The position numbers and the translations under genes are program-made. 64,000 nt of DNA, from NCBI GenBank assembly GCA_038874135.1, contig JAVZCZ010000001.1:480001-544000 (forward strand), written 5' to 3'. The notes under the pieces were generated by a model. It was not told the DNA's origin. It saw only the letters and a program-made list of their open reading frames with translations, and made no database searches. How positions within the stretch are numbered: position 1 is the first letter of the stretch; every line of letters begins with the position of its first letter. Below, in pieces: positions 9,934 to 18,585 of the stretch. This DNA comes from Candidatus Woesearchaeota archaeon (GTDB lineage: Archaea > Nanobdellota > Nanobdellia > Woesearchaeales > 0-14-0-80-44-23).

Positions 9934-10014
9934 TACTCCCGCTTTGCCCGGAGGGTATAAAAAATTATCTGAAAATGTTTAAATACTAAACTCGCATTAA
10001 ATGCATCTTAGGGG

Positions 10015-10275
10015 GTGAACTATTTGGAAGAAGAAGTTGGAAGGATAACGCACTACTTCTCAAAGATAGGAGTTGCCGTTCTTAAGCTTTCAGGCAGCAT
10101 AAGGGTTGGAGACACTATAAGGATAAGGGGCCACTCCACAGACTTCAAGCAGAAGGTAAGCTCAATGCAGGTTGAGCACAAAAACATCCCTGAAGCAAAG
10201 TCTGGAGATGAAGTAGGGCTAAAAGTGGAATCGCAAGTCAGAGAGGGAGACCTAGTTTATCTTGTTAAGGAGTAG
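10015..10275 (+). CDS. small EF-Tu domain II-like beta-barrel protein
   Basis: VGRITHYFSKIGVAV..IRVGDTI..SMQVEH..AKSGDEVGLKV..VREGD. Confidence 0.8.
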   Translation: MNYLEEEVGRITHYFSKIGVAVLKLSGSIRVGDTIRIRGHSTDFKQKVSSMQVEHKNIPEAKSGDEVGLKVESQVREGDLVYLVKE

Positions 10276-11369
10276 AGGTTTTTCAGGCGCATCAGCGCCC
10301 TCCTCTTATCAAAATCTCCAACCTGAGCATCCCTTATGGCATCTCTCAACACGCTAACATTCTCATCCATAAGGGCAGTATCCACAGGGTATGGAATTCC
10401 GTCCTTGCCACCGTGCGCAAAGCTGAACCTGGCAGGATCATCCCAGGAAGCGCCGCACCCGTAGATGAGCTCAGAGATAAGTGCGAGAGCCCTCACTGCT
10501 TTAGCCCCAAACCCCCTAACTGAGATTAGCTCTTCATAAGTTTCCGGCTGAAGCTCGTAAGCTGCCTTGAGAGTTTCAAAGTCGCGCTTCCCCATCCTGG
10601 GAATAGTGTGCATCCGCGGCATGGATAAACTCTTAAACTGGGAATACTCCAAGAGCGAACGCTGCTCTGAACAGCACGAATTCAACATCCTGACAATCCT
10701 GCCAGGCCCGTCGCAAGCCAGGTCAACGCTGCACTTCCTAGCAGCCCTGCTTTCACGAGAAGTCATGTTCAGAACATCCTGCTTCAAGGTGTAGGAAAAG
10801 ATTGCGGAGTGCGGCTCCTCAACGAAGCTTTCAAAGCCTGAAAGCCAATGATACCTGCGGGCGTATTGTGAAGCCTGACTCATGCCCTGCTGCACGACAG
10901 CGTATGAGCCGTCCTCAGCCAGAAAGAAGGAGTGGTGATAAAGCTGGAATCCGTCCTGCACCAGAGCATTATCCACCTTGGCAATAAGCCTTGAAGCCCT
11001 CTGCAGCTCCTCAGCCCGAGAACTTCCCATACCGAAAGATTCAGAAGCTTCAATAATCTCAGAAGGAGTGCCTCTTGAAGCAGAACCCTTGCCTCCGAGC
11101 ACCAAAACTCCGTCCTCAGGCGTTAAAGCCTCCTTAAGAGCAGCGCACACAGTAGTAGTAAGCCCGGAAGAGTGCCAGTCAAATCCGAGAACGCTGCCCA
11201 GGCATTGGAAGAAGTAAGGATCAGAAATTCTCCTAAGAAATTCACTCCTGCCATACTCAAAGATGATGAATCTTGAAATCTCGCCTCCAAGCCGCACCAT
11301 CCTCGGAAAGAGCCATCTTGGACACCTTCCCGAGTGAAGCGGCAGCTCTGCACACCCCGTCCTATTCAT
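10257..11369 (-). CDS. DUF763 domain protein
   Basis: LPLHSGRCPRWL, DWHSSGLTT, ARRYHW, FAHGGKDGIPYPVD. Confidence 0.9.
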   Translation of the reverse strand: MNRTGCAELPLHSGRCPRWLFPRMVRLGGEISRFIIFEYGRSEFLRRISDPYFFQCLGSVLGFDWHSSGLTTTVCAALKEALTPEDGVLVLGGKGSASRGTPSEIIEASESFGMGSSRAEELQRASRLIAKVDNALVQDGFQLYHHSFFLAEDGSYAVVQQGMSQASQYARRYHWLSGFESFVEEPHSAIFSYTLKQDVLNMTSRESRAARKCSVDLACDGPGRIVRMLNSCCSEQRSLLEYSQFKSLSMPRMHTIPRMGKRDFETLKAAYELQPETYEELISVRGFGAKAVRALALISELIYGCGASWDDPARFSFAHGGKDGIPYPVDTALMDENVSVLRDAIRDAQVGDFDKRRALMRLKNLYSLTR

Positions 11370-11424
11370 AGAAAAAAAGATTTAATAAAATGAATTAAAA
11401 GGATTGCGCAGAGGTGTCCAATGC

Positions 11425-12069
11425 CTAAACCCCGCGCCTAGGACAGAGCCTTTTCAATATGCAGAGCTCGCACTTAGGCTTAAGAGCATTACACACCATC
11501 CTCCCGTGCGATATTAAAAGAAATGAAATGTTCCTCCACTCTCTCCTGGGAAGAAGCGTCATGAGATCCTGTTCTATAACCCTCGGATCACGACTTCTAG
11601 TAAAGCCAAGCCTGAATGAAAGCCTCCTAACATGAGTGTCAACAACTATGCCCTTAACAACTCCAAAGCCCTCAGAGAGCACAAGATTCGCAGTCTTCCT
11701 GGCAACACCTGGAAGGCTGAGAAGGTCATCCATACTAGCAGGAACCCTGGAATTAAACCTCTCCACTATAGCCCTAGAAGCCTCAACTATGCGCCTCGCC
11801 TTCAAGTGGTAAAAACCAGTGCTCCTAATAATCCCTTCTAGCTCCTTAACATCCGCCCTGGCAAAATCCTCAGGAGTTCTAAACCTCTTAAAGAGCACTG
11901 GCGTCACAGCATTAACCCTAGCGTCAGTACACTGCGCAGAAAGCATGGTAGCTATGAGAAGCTGAAAAGGGTTTGAAAACCTCAAAGCAGTTCCGGGAAT
12001 GCCATACTCCCGCTTGAGAATTCTCACAACCCTAATTGCACGATCCCTTTCAGAATGGTTCACACGCAT
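11425..12069 (-). CDS. nth: endonuclease III
   Basis: LSAQCTD, HhH LPGVARKTAN, VDTHVRR, C-X6-C-X2-C-X5-C Fe-S motif. Confidence 0.96.
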   Translation of the reverse strand: MRVNHSERDRAIRVVRILKREYGIPGTALRFSNPFQLLIATMLSAQCTDARVNAVTPVLFKRFRTPEDFARADVKELEGIIRSTGFYHLKARRIVEASRAIVERFNSRVPASMDDLLSLPGVARKTANLVLSEGFGVVKGIVVDTHVRRLSFRLGFTRSRDPRVIEQDLMTLLPRREWRNISFLLISHGRMVCNALKPKCELCILKRLCPRRGV

Positions 12070-12177
12070 AAGAAGACAAATGTTAAATCAAATTAAAAGC
12101 TTTACTCAAAATGCTAAAGCAAAACAAGTTTCAGCAAGATGTAAGCACAAAAATTCTTGCATATATCTTTAGAAAAA

Positions 12178-12216
12178 AATTTCCACTGGACTTGCGTTGT
12201 AGAAATATTTTTAAAT
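12178..12216. promoter_or_regulatory. cas12a upstream region: inverted repeat ATTTCCAC-N12-GTAGAAAT followed by TATA-like TTTTTAAAT
   Basis: Read directly; the TATA-like element lies about 30-40 bp before the start codons and the inverted-repeat arms resemble the CRISPR repeat stem. Confidence 0.45.
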
Positions 12217-12242
12217 GAAGAAAAAATTAAAGGAAATAGGGG

Positions 12243-15200
12243 GTGGGTTATATTATGATTGAATCAAGAACTTCAATCTGGGATGAGTGCACTGGGCTTT
12301 ACAAATTAAAGAAGACCTTAAGATTCAGGCTGAAACCGATTGGCAAAACAGAAGAGTTCATAATAGAAAGGAAGATTATAGAAAATGACGAAGAACTTGC
12401 CAGAGATTCTGAAAGAGCTAAAAAAATAATAGATGAATATTATAGAAATTTCATAGCAGACAGGTTAAGAAATACAAAAATTAGCCTAGATAGTCTAAAA
12501 GAGTATGAAAAAAAGTATTTAGAGTTGAAAAAAGACAAAAAGAATAAAAACGCAACAAAAGAGTTCTCTACAATTCAAAAAAACCTCATTAAAGAAGTTC
12601 ACGATAAGTTCTTTGAAGGTACACAAAAAAATGAATTATTTGAAGACGACTTAATTAAAAATAGACTTCCCAATTGGTTAGAAAAAGAAAAAAGAGAAGA
12701 AGACAGAAAATTGATAGAAAAATTCAATAAGTTTGTTACATATTTTCATCCATTTTTTGAAAAAAGAAAAAATGTATTCTCAAATGAGGAGAAATCCACC
12801 TCGCTATTTTACAGAATTGTTGGTGAAAATTTACCAAGATATATTGATAACATAAAAAAGTATGAGAAGATAAGTCAATATTCAGATTTTGATTGCAGCA
12901 CACTAGAGAAAGAATTCTATCATGAATTAGGGGAAAAAAAATTAGATGAATTTTTCAAACTTGAAAACTTTAATGAGTTCCTAAGCCAGGAAGGAATAGA
13001 CAGATTCAACCTCGTAATAGGTGGTAAGTCGTTAGAAGGTAATAAAAAAATTCAGGGGCTCAACGAGCTGATTAACCTGTACTCCCAAAAACAGCCTGAA
13101 GACAAAAAACGGGAAATAAAAAAACTTTTAATGGTGCCACTATACAAGCAAATTCTAGGAGAAAAAAATACATTCTCTTTTGCTGAAGCAAAAATAGAAG
13201 ACGATGTAGAAGTAGTATCTACACTTCATGAGTTCTACACAGGAATCTCAAATGAGTTTGAAATAATAAAAAACATTTTTGAAAATATACTACAATACGA
13301 CGCTAGTGGGATCTATTTAAAAAAATCCTCTCTGAGTTACATATCTAAGGAGATATATAATGAGTGGGATCTTATTAATAGAGGATTAGATGCGTACGCA
13401 CAAAAAGACTTAAAAACTAAAAAAGAAAGAGACGCTTGGCTTAAAAAGACGTATTTTTCTCTAGAAGAAATTAAACAGTCATTAAGCTGCCTAGACGAAG
13501 AAGGTAAGTATTGGCAAACCTTTTTTGAGTACTACGCTGGAAAAAATAGCATTATAACGAAGCTTATAGATCAAGTAAAAGAAAAATACTCTCAGCTTAG
13601 CGAATTAAAACCGACTAAAAACGAGAAAGCACTCACAAAAGAAGAGAACTACAAAGATGTAGAAAAGATAAAGGAATTTTTAGATGTAGCTATGCAGCTG
13701 TATAAGATAATAAAACCGTTCAACTTAAGAAATAAAGAAGAAAGCTCACCATTGGAGATTAACGCAGAGTTCTACAACAAATTTGAAGAAGCATACGAAC
13801 CTTTTGAAAAAATCGTAGGAGTATATAACAGAATAAGAAATTATGTGACACAAAAACCTTTCAGCACTGATAAAATAAAAATAACATTCAAAAAATCAAA
13901 ATTATTAAACGGTTGGGATGTTAACAAAGTAAAAGATTGTCGGGGAATAATATTGGAGAAGGAAGGAAAATACTTCTTAGGTATTATTGAAGATACGGAA
14001 GAATTCGATAGGATAAAAAAGAAGGAAGAAGTAAAAGGACCAGCATATAAACTTGTGGAGTACAAATTAATTCCTGAACCTGCAAAAGAATTGGCACATG
14101 TGTTTTTTTCAGAAAAATACAAAAAAATGTATCCAATTCCTAAAGAGATAGAAGAAATAAGAAAGTATGCTAGTTACAGCAAAAATGCGAAGCTGCAAGA
14201 TGGTTATGAGAAGAAGGAATTCAAAATTGAGGACTGCCATAAGATGATAAACTTTTACAAAGAGGGTATAAAAAAACATCCGGAATGGAACAAGAAGTTT
14301 AATTTTAAATTCAAAGAAACATCTGAGTACAAAGATATTAAAGAATTTTTCCAAGATGTTCATAACCAGGCGTATGAAATAGAGTATGAATACATACCTG
14401 AATCTGAAATAAATCAAATGGTAAATGATGGCAAGCTGTACCTATTCCAGCTGTGGAACAAAGATTTTTCACCCTACTCAAAAGGTAGGAAGAACCTGCA
14501 CACGCTCTACTGGCAGGCATTATTCAGTGAAGAAAACCTAAAGGATGTAAAATTCAAGTTAGACGGAGGCGCAGAAATTTTTTTCAGAAATAAATCCATA
14601 GAAAATCCCACAATTCACCGAGCAGGGGGACCTATTGAAAACAAGAATCCAATTAGAGAAAAAGAAAGAAGCATATTCAAATATGACATCATAAAGGACA
14701 GGAGGTATACGGAAAACCAGTTCTTTTTACATTGCCCAATAACACTAAATTTCAAATTAGAAGAATTAAAAAGAAAAGATCTAAACAAAAATATCAACGA
14801 GATTATAGAGAAAAATCACTCAAAGGTTAACATTCTAAGCATTGACCGCGGTGAGAGAAACCTGCTGTATTACACACTGCTCTCACCTGAAGGGAGGATA
14901 ATAGAACAAAAATCATTAAACATTTTATACGATGATATTAATAGAAAACACTCATACTGGGATAAGCTTGATGAACTTGAACAAGAAAGGAAACGAGCAA
15001 GAGTAAACTGGAGCAAAATAAAGAATATAAAAGAGATGAAAGAGGGTTACCTATCAAAGGCAGTTCACGATATCTGCAAAATGGCTGTGGAGCATAATGC
15101 AGTGATAGTTTTAGAAGACTTAAACACCGAATTCAAGCGCGGAAGATCAAAGATAGAAAAACAGGTATACCAGAAGTTTGAAAAGATGCTAATTAATAAG

Positions 15201-15995
15201 TTAAACTACCTCGTATTCAAAGACAGGGAAGAAACGCAAAAAGGCGGACTGTTAAATGCATATCAGCTAACCAGCCAATTTACATCATTTGAGGAAATAG
15301 GAAAACAAACGGGAATAATATTCTATGTAGATGCGGGCTACACTTCAGCCATATGTCCCAAAACAGGATTTGTAAATATGCTCCACCCAAAGTACACAAA
15401 CATAAAAGCTGCACAGGACTTTTTCAAAAGATTTAAGTCAATAAGATACAACAGTAAAGAGAAATACTTTGAATTCACTTTCAAGTATGCAGACTTCTTA
15501 GAAAAAGACTCTAAAAATGAATACAACCAGAAAGAATGGACTGTTTGCAGCTTTGGAACGAGATTTGTAATAAAGAAGAAAAACAATTTGATAACTGGAG
15601 AAACTGAAGAGGTGCATGTAACGGAAAAACTCAAGGACCTATTCAAAAAGGAAGGAATCACATACGAGGATGAAAGAAACCTTGTTAAAGAGATAATTAA
15701 AAGCGAGAATAAGACATTCTTTGAAGAATTGATCTACCTGTTAAGATTAGTTCTGCAAATGAGAAACTTTGACAGTCAAAAAAATGAAGATTTTATATTG
15801 TCCTGCGTGAGAGATGCTTCGGGAAACTTCTTTGACTCTAGAAGAGCAGATAAGGATGAACCTCAAAATGCAGACGCAAACGGAGCATTACATATAGGAC
15901 TAAAAGGAATTCTGACAATCAAAAAGATCATTAAAGGAGAAAAACCTCATGTAGATAGGGAAGAGTATCTAGAATATGTGATAGCGAGGCACTGA
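12243..15995 (+). CDS. cas12a: type V-A CRISPR effector Cas12a (Cpf1); start may be ATG 12255
   Basis: KTLRFRLKPIGKT, RNYVTQKP, GWDVNK, LYLFQLWNKDFS, NLHTLYW; RuvC-I SIDRGERNL, RuvC-II VLEDLN, RuvC-III NADANGA; Nuc LQMRN; 1250 aa. Confidence 0.98.
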   Translation: MGYIMIESRTSIWDECTGLYKLKKTLRFRLKPIGKTEEFIIERKIIENDEELARDSERAKKIIDEYYRNFIADRLRNTKISLDSLKEYEKKYLELKKDKKNKNATKEFSTIQKNLIKEVHDKFFEGTQKNELFEDDLIKNRLPNWLEKEKREEDRKLIEKFNKFVTYFHPFFEKRKNVFSNEEKSTSLFYRIVGENLPRYIDNIKKYEKISQYSDFDCSTLEKEFYHELGEKKLDEFFKLENFNEFLSQEGIDRFNLVIGGKSLEGNKKIQGLNELINLYSQKQPEDKKREIKKLLMVPLYKQILGEKNTFSFAEAKIEDDVEVVSTLHEFYTGISNEFEIIKNIFENILQYDASGIYLKKSSLSYISKEIYNEWDLINRGLDAYAQKDLKTKKERDAWLKKTYFSLEEIKQSLSCLDEEGKYWQTFFEYYAGKNSIITKLIDQVKEKYSQLSELKPTKNEKALTKEENYKDVEKIKEFLDVAMQLYKIIKPFNLRNKEESSPLEINAEFYNKFEEAYEPFEKIVGVYNRIRNYVTQKPFSTDKIKITFKKSKLLNGWDVNKVKDCRGIILEKEGKYFLGIIEDTEEFDRIKKKEEVKGPAYKLVEYKLIPEPAKELAHVFFSEKYKKMYPIPKEIEEIRKYASYSKNAKLQDGYEKKEFKIEDCHKMINFYKEGIKKHPEWNKKFNFKFKETSEYKDIKEFFQDVHNQAYEIEYEYIPESEINQMVNDGKLYLFQLWNKDFSPYSKGRKNLHTLYWQALFSEENLKDVKFKLDGGAEIFFRNKSIENPTIHRAGGPIENKNPIREKERSIFKYDIIKDRRYTENQFFLHCPITLNFKLEELKRKDLNKNINEIIEKNHSKVNILSIDRGERNLLYYTLLSPEGRIIEQKSLNILYDDINRKHSYWDKLDELEQERKRARVNWSKIKNIKEMKEGYLSKAVHDICKMAVEHNAVIVLEDLNTEFKRGRSKIEKQVYQKFEKMLINKLNYLVFKDREETQKGGLLNAYQLTSQFTSFEEIGKQTGIIFYVDAGYTSAICPKTGFVNMLHPKYTNIKAAQDFFKRFKSIRYNSKEKYFEFTFKYADFLEKDSKNEYNQKEWTVCSFGTRFVIKKKNNLITGETEEVHVTEKLKDLFKKEGITYEDERNLVKEIIKSENKTFFEELIYLLRLVLQMRNFDSQKNEDFILSCVRDASGNFFDSRRADKDEPQNADANGALHIGLKGILTIKKIIKGEKPHVDREEYLEYVIARH

Positions 15996-16000
15996 AAAAA

Positions 16001-16561
16001 TTGGAAGAAAATATAATCATATCAAACATAAACGACTTCATATTCTGTCCGAGAAGCATCTACTTTCACAATCTTTACAGCAATTATGATGAACACCTAT
16101 ATCATGAAAACCCGCAAGTGGAAGGAAGAATAGTTCACAATAGCATTGACAAAAAACAATACAGCACAAGGCGAGACGTTCTTCAAGGAGTTGAAGTTTA
16201 CAGCGAATCTTTGGGAGTGATAGGTAAAATAGACTTATTTGACAAAAAAGAAGGAGTTCTAACAGAGCGTAAGAAGAGAATAAGCAGGATTTACGAAGGC
16301 TATCTTCTCCAGATGTATGCACAGTACTTCTGCTTAACTGAAATGGGATTTGCAGTCAAAAAAATACGACTGTACTCAGTAATGGACAACAAGACATACG
16401 AGGTAAAAATTCCTGGAGATGAAGACCTACATAAGCTTATGGAATTGCTGAAAAGAATGAGAAGTTTCAGGCTGGAAGACAAATCTTTTTCTCAAAACTT
16501 AAAAAAATGTGAAAAATGCATATATCGCAATATGTGCGATTACTACGCAGATGATGAGTAA
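16001..16561 (+). CDS. cas4: type V-A (PREFRAN-type) Cas4
   Basis: NDFIFCPRSIYF, GKIDLF, ERKK, QMYAQ, C-terminal CEKCIYRNMC Fe-S ligands. Confidence 0.95.
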   Translation: MEENIIISNINDFIFCPRSIYFHNLYSNYDEHLYHENPQVEGRIVHNSIDKKQYSTRRDVLQGVEVYSESLGVIGKIDLFDKKEGVLTERKKRISRIYEGYLLQMYAQYFCLTEMGFAVKKIRLYSVMDNKTYEVKIPGDEDLHKLMELLKRMRSFRLEDKSFSQNLKKCEKCIYRNMCDYYADDE

Positions 16562-17525
16562 ACCCGACTTTATGGAAAAGCAGGTTCTGTTTTTAGAGAG
16601 TAGTGAAGCTAAAAAAATATCATTCAAAAATTCAAATCTTCAAGTTACAGATGAAAATGGAAGGATAATACTTCAAAACTCCTGCCACAAAATATTTTTA
16701 GTCTTTATCCGGGGAGAGTTCACTATAACTTCTGTGCTTCTTAAGAATGCAAAGAGGTTTGGATTTCCACTAGTTTTTCTGACTTACTCTCTAAGACCAT
16801 ATCTGGTTTACAATGCAGGCACTGAAGGTAACTTCCTTCTAAGAAGAGTGCAATATTCGTGCAACAGAAGTTTTGAAATTGCAAAACACATAGTCTACAA
16901 TAAAGTATTAAATCAAGTTCAACTGATGAAATCGCTGAGATATAAAACAAAAGAAGAAAAAAAGGCAATAGAGATTATTGAAAAATTGTTAACATCTATA
17001 AAAACAGCTAATGACGAACAAGAACTCCTGGGCATTGAAGGAGAATCCTCAAAGCTATTCTTCAGAACATACTTCAAAAACATTAACTTCAGCGGCAGAA
17101 AACCTCGGATAAAACCGGACATATACAACTGCCTATTAGACATAGGATACACCTACCTGTTTCAATTCATTGAAGCAAACCTGAGCCTATACGGATTTGA
17201 CCTATACTGCGGAGTATATCACAAGCAGTTCTATCAGCGAAAATCATTAGTGTGCGACATCATAGAGCCTTTCAGGTGCGTCATAGAAAAGAGAATTCGC
17301 ACAAGTTGCAATCTGAAACAAATTGATGAAAAAGATTTTGTAAGTATACAGGGAAGATACGAGCTAAAAAAAGAAGCAACACAAAAATACAGTGAAATAC
17401 TACTAAGAGCAATTCTAGAATACAAACAGGACATCTTCCTTTATGTAAGATCATACTACCGCGCATTCATAAAACAGAAGGAAATAGAGGCGTACCCAAT
17501 ATTTAGGATAGGTGAGGATAGATGA
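16551..17525 (+). CDS. cas1: type V-A (PREFRAN-type) Cas1; likely start ATG 16551
   Basis: LLGIEG, GRKPR, LDIGY, GVYH, SLVCDIIEPFR. Confidence 0.96.
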   Translation: MMSKPDFMEKQVLFLESSEAKKISFKNSNLQVTDENGRIILQNSCHKIFLVFIRGEFTITSVLLKNAKRFGFPLVFLTYSLRPYLVYNAGTEGNFLLRRVQYSCNRSFEIAKHIVYNKVLNQVQLMKSLRYKTKEEKKAIEIIEKLLTSIKTANDEQELLGIEGESSKLFFRTYFKNINFSGRKPRIKPDIYNCLLDIGYTYLFQFIEANLSLYGFDLYCGVYHKQFYQRKSLVCDIIEPFRCVIEKRIRTSCNLKQIDEKDFVSIQGRYELKKEATQKYSEILLRAILEYKQDIFLYVRSYYRAFIKQKEIEAYPIFRIGEDR

Positions 17526-17794
17526 TGATACTAGCATATGACATAAGAGAAGATGATTTGAGAAACAGGTTCAACAAATTTATCAGGCAGTATGGAAGAA
17601 GACTCCAGTTCTCAGTTTATGAAATAAGCAACAGCGAAAGGATACTAAGCATAGTTAAACTTGAGATAAGGGAAAGCTTTGAAAAAGAATTCCAGCAAAG
17701 CGACAGCGTACTAATATTTGAAGTGAATAATCCTGAAAAAGTAATAAGATTTGGATATGCAAAAAACGAGGAAGATGATCTGGTCTTCGGATAA
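17522..17794 (+). CDS. cas2: CRISPR-associated Cas2
   Basis: LAYDIRED, YGRRLQFSVYE, DSVLIF. Confidence 0.96.
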   Translation: MMILAYDIREDDLRNRFNKFIRQYGRRLQFSVYEISNSERILSIVKLEIRESFEKEFQQSDSVLIFEVNNPEKVIRFGYAKNEEDDLVFG

Positions 17795-18003
17795 AAAATG
17801 CAAACCTCAGTCTGAATGCAAAATTATAAAAAAAGAGTTTCTCTTCACAAAAAAGAGCAAGCTTTTTAAATAACAAAGTCACAACATCCTTTCGTTTCCT
17901 ATGCAAAAGAGATGTGTCGTAGAGTAACTTCTACGCCGAAAACCGCAAATTTTGTCGTATATCAACCCCCTAAAATTCATATTCCTACCCCTAAGTGGGA
18001 CCT
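17795..18003 (+). promoter_or_regulatory. CRISPR leader
   Basis: AT-rich non-coding 209 bp between cas2 and the first repeat; TATA-like TTTTTAAATA at about 17863-17872; the degenerate repeat is at the far end of the array. Confidence 0.75.
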
Positions 18004-18493
18004 GTCTAATAATTCGTAATAATTTCTACTGTTGTAGATTCTCAGTTTTCTCAGAATTATTTTCAACGTCGTCTAATAATTCGTAATAATTTCTACTGTT
18101 GTAGATTTTTTCAAAAAAAGTCTTTAATTTTGTAATTTGTCTAATAATTCGTAATAATTTCTACTGTTGTAGATCTCATAATATTTTTTTAGCCCAGCAT
18201 GTCTAATAATTCGTAATAATTTCTACTGTTGTAGATCGAAATCACTCTAATTGAGCCGAACGATGGTCTAATAATTCGTAATAATTTCTACTGTTGTAGA
18301 TGGCTATGTTTATAAATTCAAATCCTTCGTCTAATAATTCGTAATAATTTCTACTGTTGTAGATGTTTGCTTGTTCTAATATTTTTTTTGTTGTCTAATA
18401 ATTCGTAATAATTTCTACTGTTGTAGATACAAGGTATGATTCTACAGAATAAGTTTGGTCTAATAATTCGTAATAATTTCTACTGTTGTAGCT
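18004..18493 (+). CRISPR. type V-A CRISPR array: 8 x 36-nt repeat GTCTAATAATTCGTAATAATTTCTACTGTTGTAGAT, 7 spacers of 26-32 nt
   Basis: Repeats start at 18004, 18071, 18139, 18201, 18266, 18329, 18393 and 18458; canonical AATTTCTACTGTTGTAGAT 3' handle; last repeat ends GTAGCT. Confidence 0.99.
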
Positions 18494-18585
18494 TATTTTT
18501 CAATATTTTAGCCAATAATTGGAGTAGGTCTACTTTGCGGATTAGATTCAAAACCTTTATATTCCCCTTTTTTATTCTCCAAGTT

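Noticed and set aside
12243-15995. Cas12a2 (RNA-triggered) or nuclease-dead Cas12
   Set aside because: REC, WED, PI and Nuc motifs match canonical Cas12a along the whole length and all three RuvC acidic residues are present
17795-18003. tracrRNA or anti-repeat
   Set aside because: No extended complementarity to the repeat (only 5-6 nt), and V-A systems do not need one
18040-18457. Self-targeting spacers (loose resemblance of spacer 6 to 12192-12212 and of spacer 2 to cas12a)
   Set aside because: Matches are gapped, low-complexity and AT-rich, with no suitable PAM; checked only by eye
18511-18547. Ninth, highly degenerate repeat
   Set aside because: Only AATAATT and TCTACT match, and the preceding spacer would be about 17 nt
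18436-18585. ORF-track N-terminal extension of AlaRS
   Set aside because: It starts inside spacer 7 and runs through repeat 8; ATG 18586 fits the archaeal AlaRS N-terminus better
12070-18585. Transposon- or integrase-mediated mobile element carrying the CRISPR locus
   Set aside because: No transposase, integrase, terminal inverted repeats or exact target duplication seen; only a loose end similarity, reported as a finding
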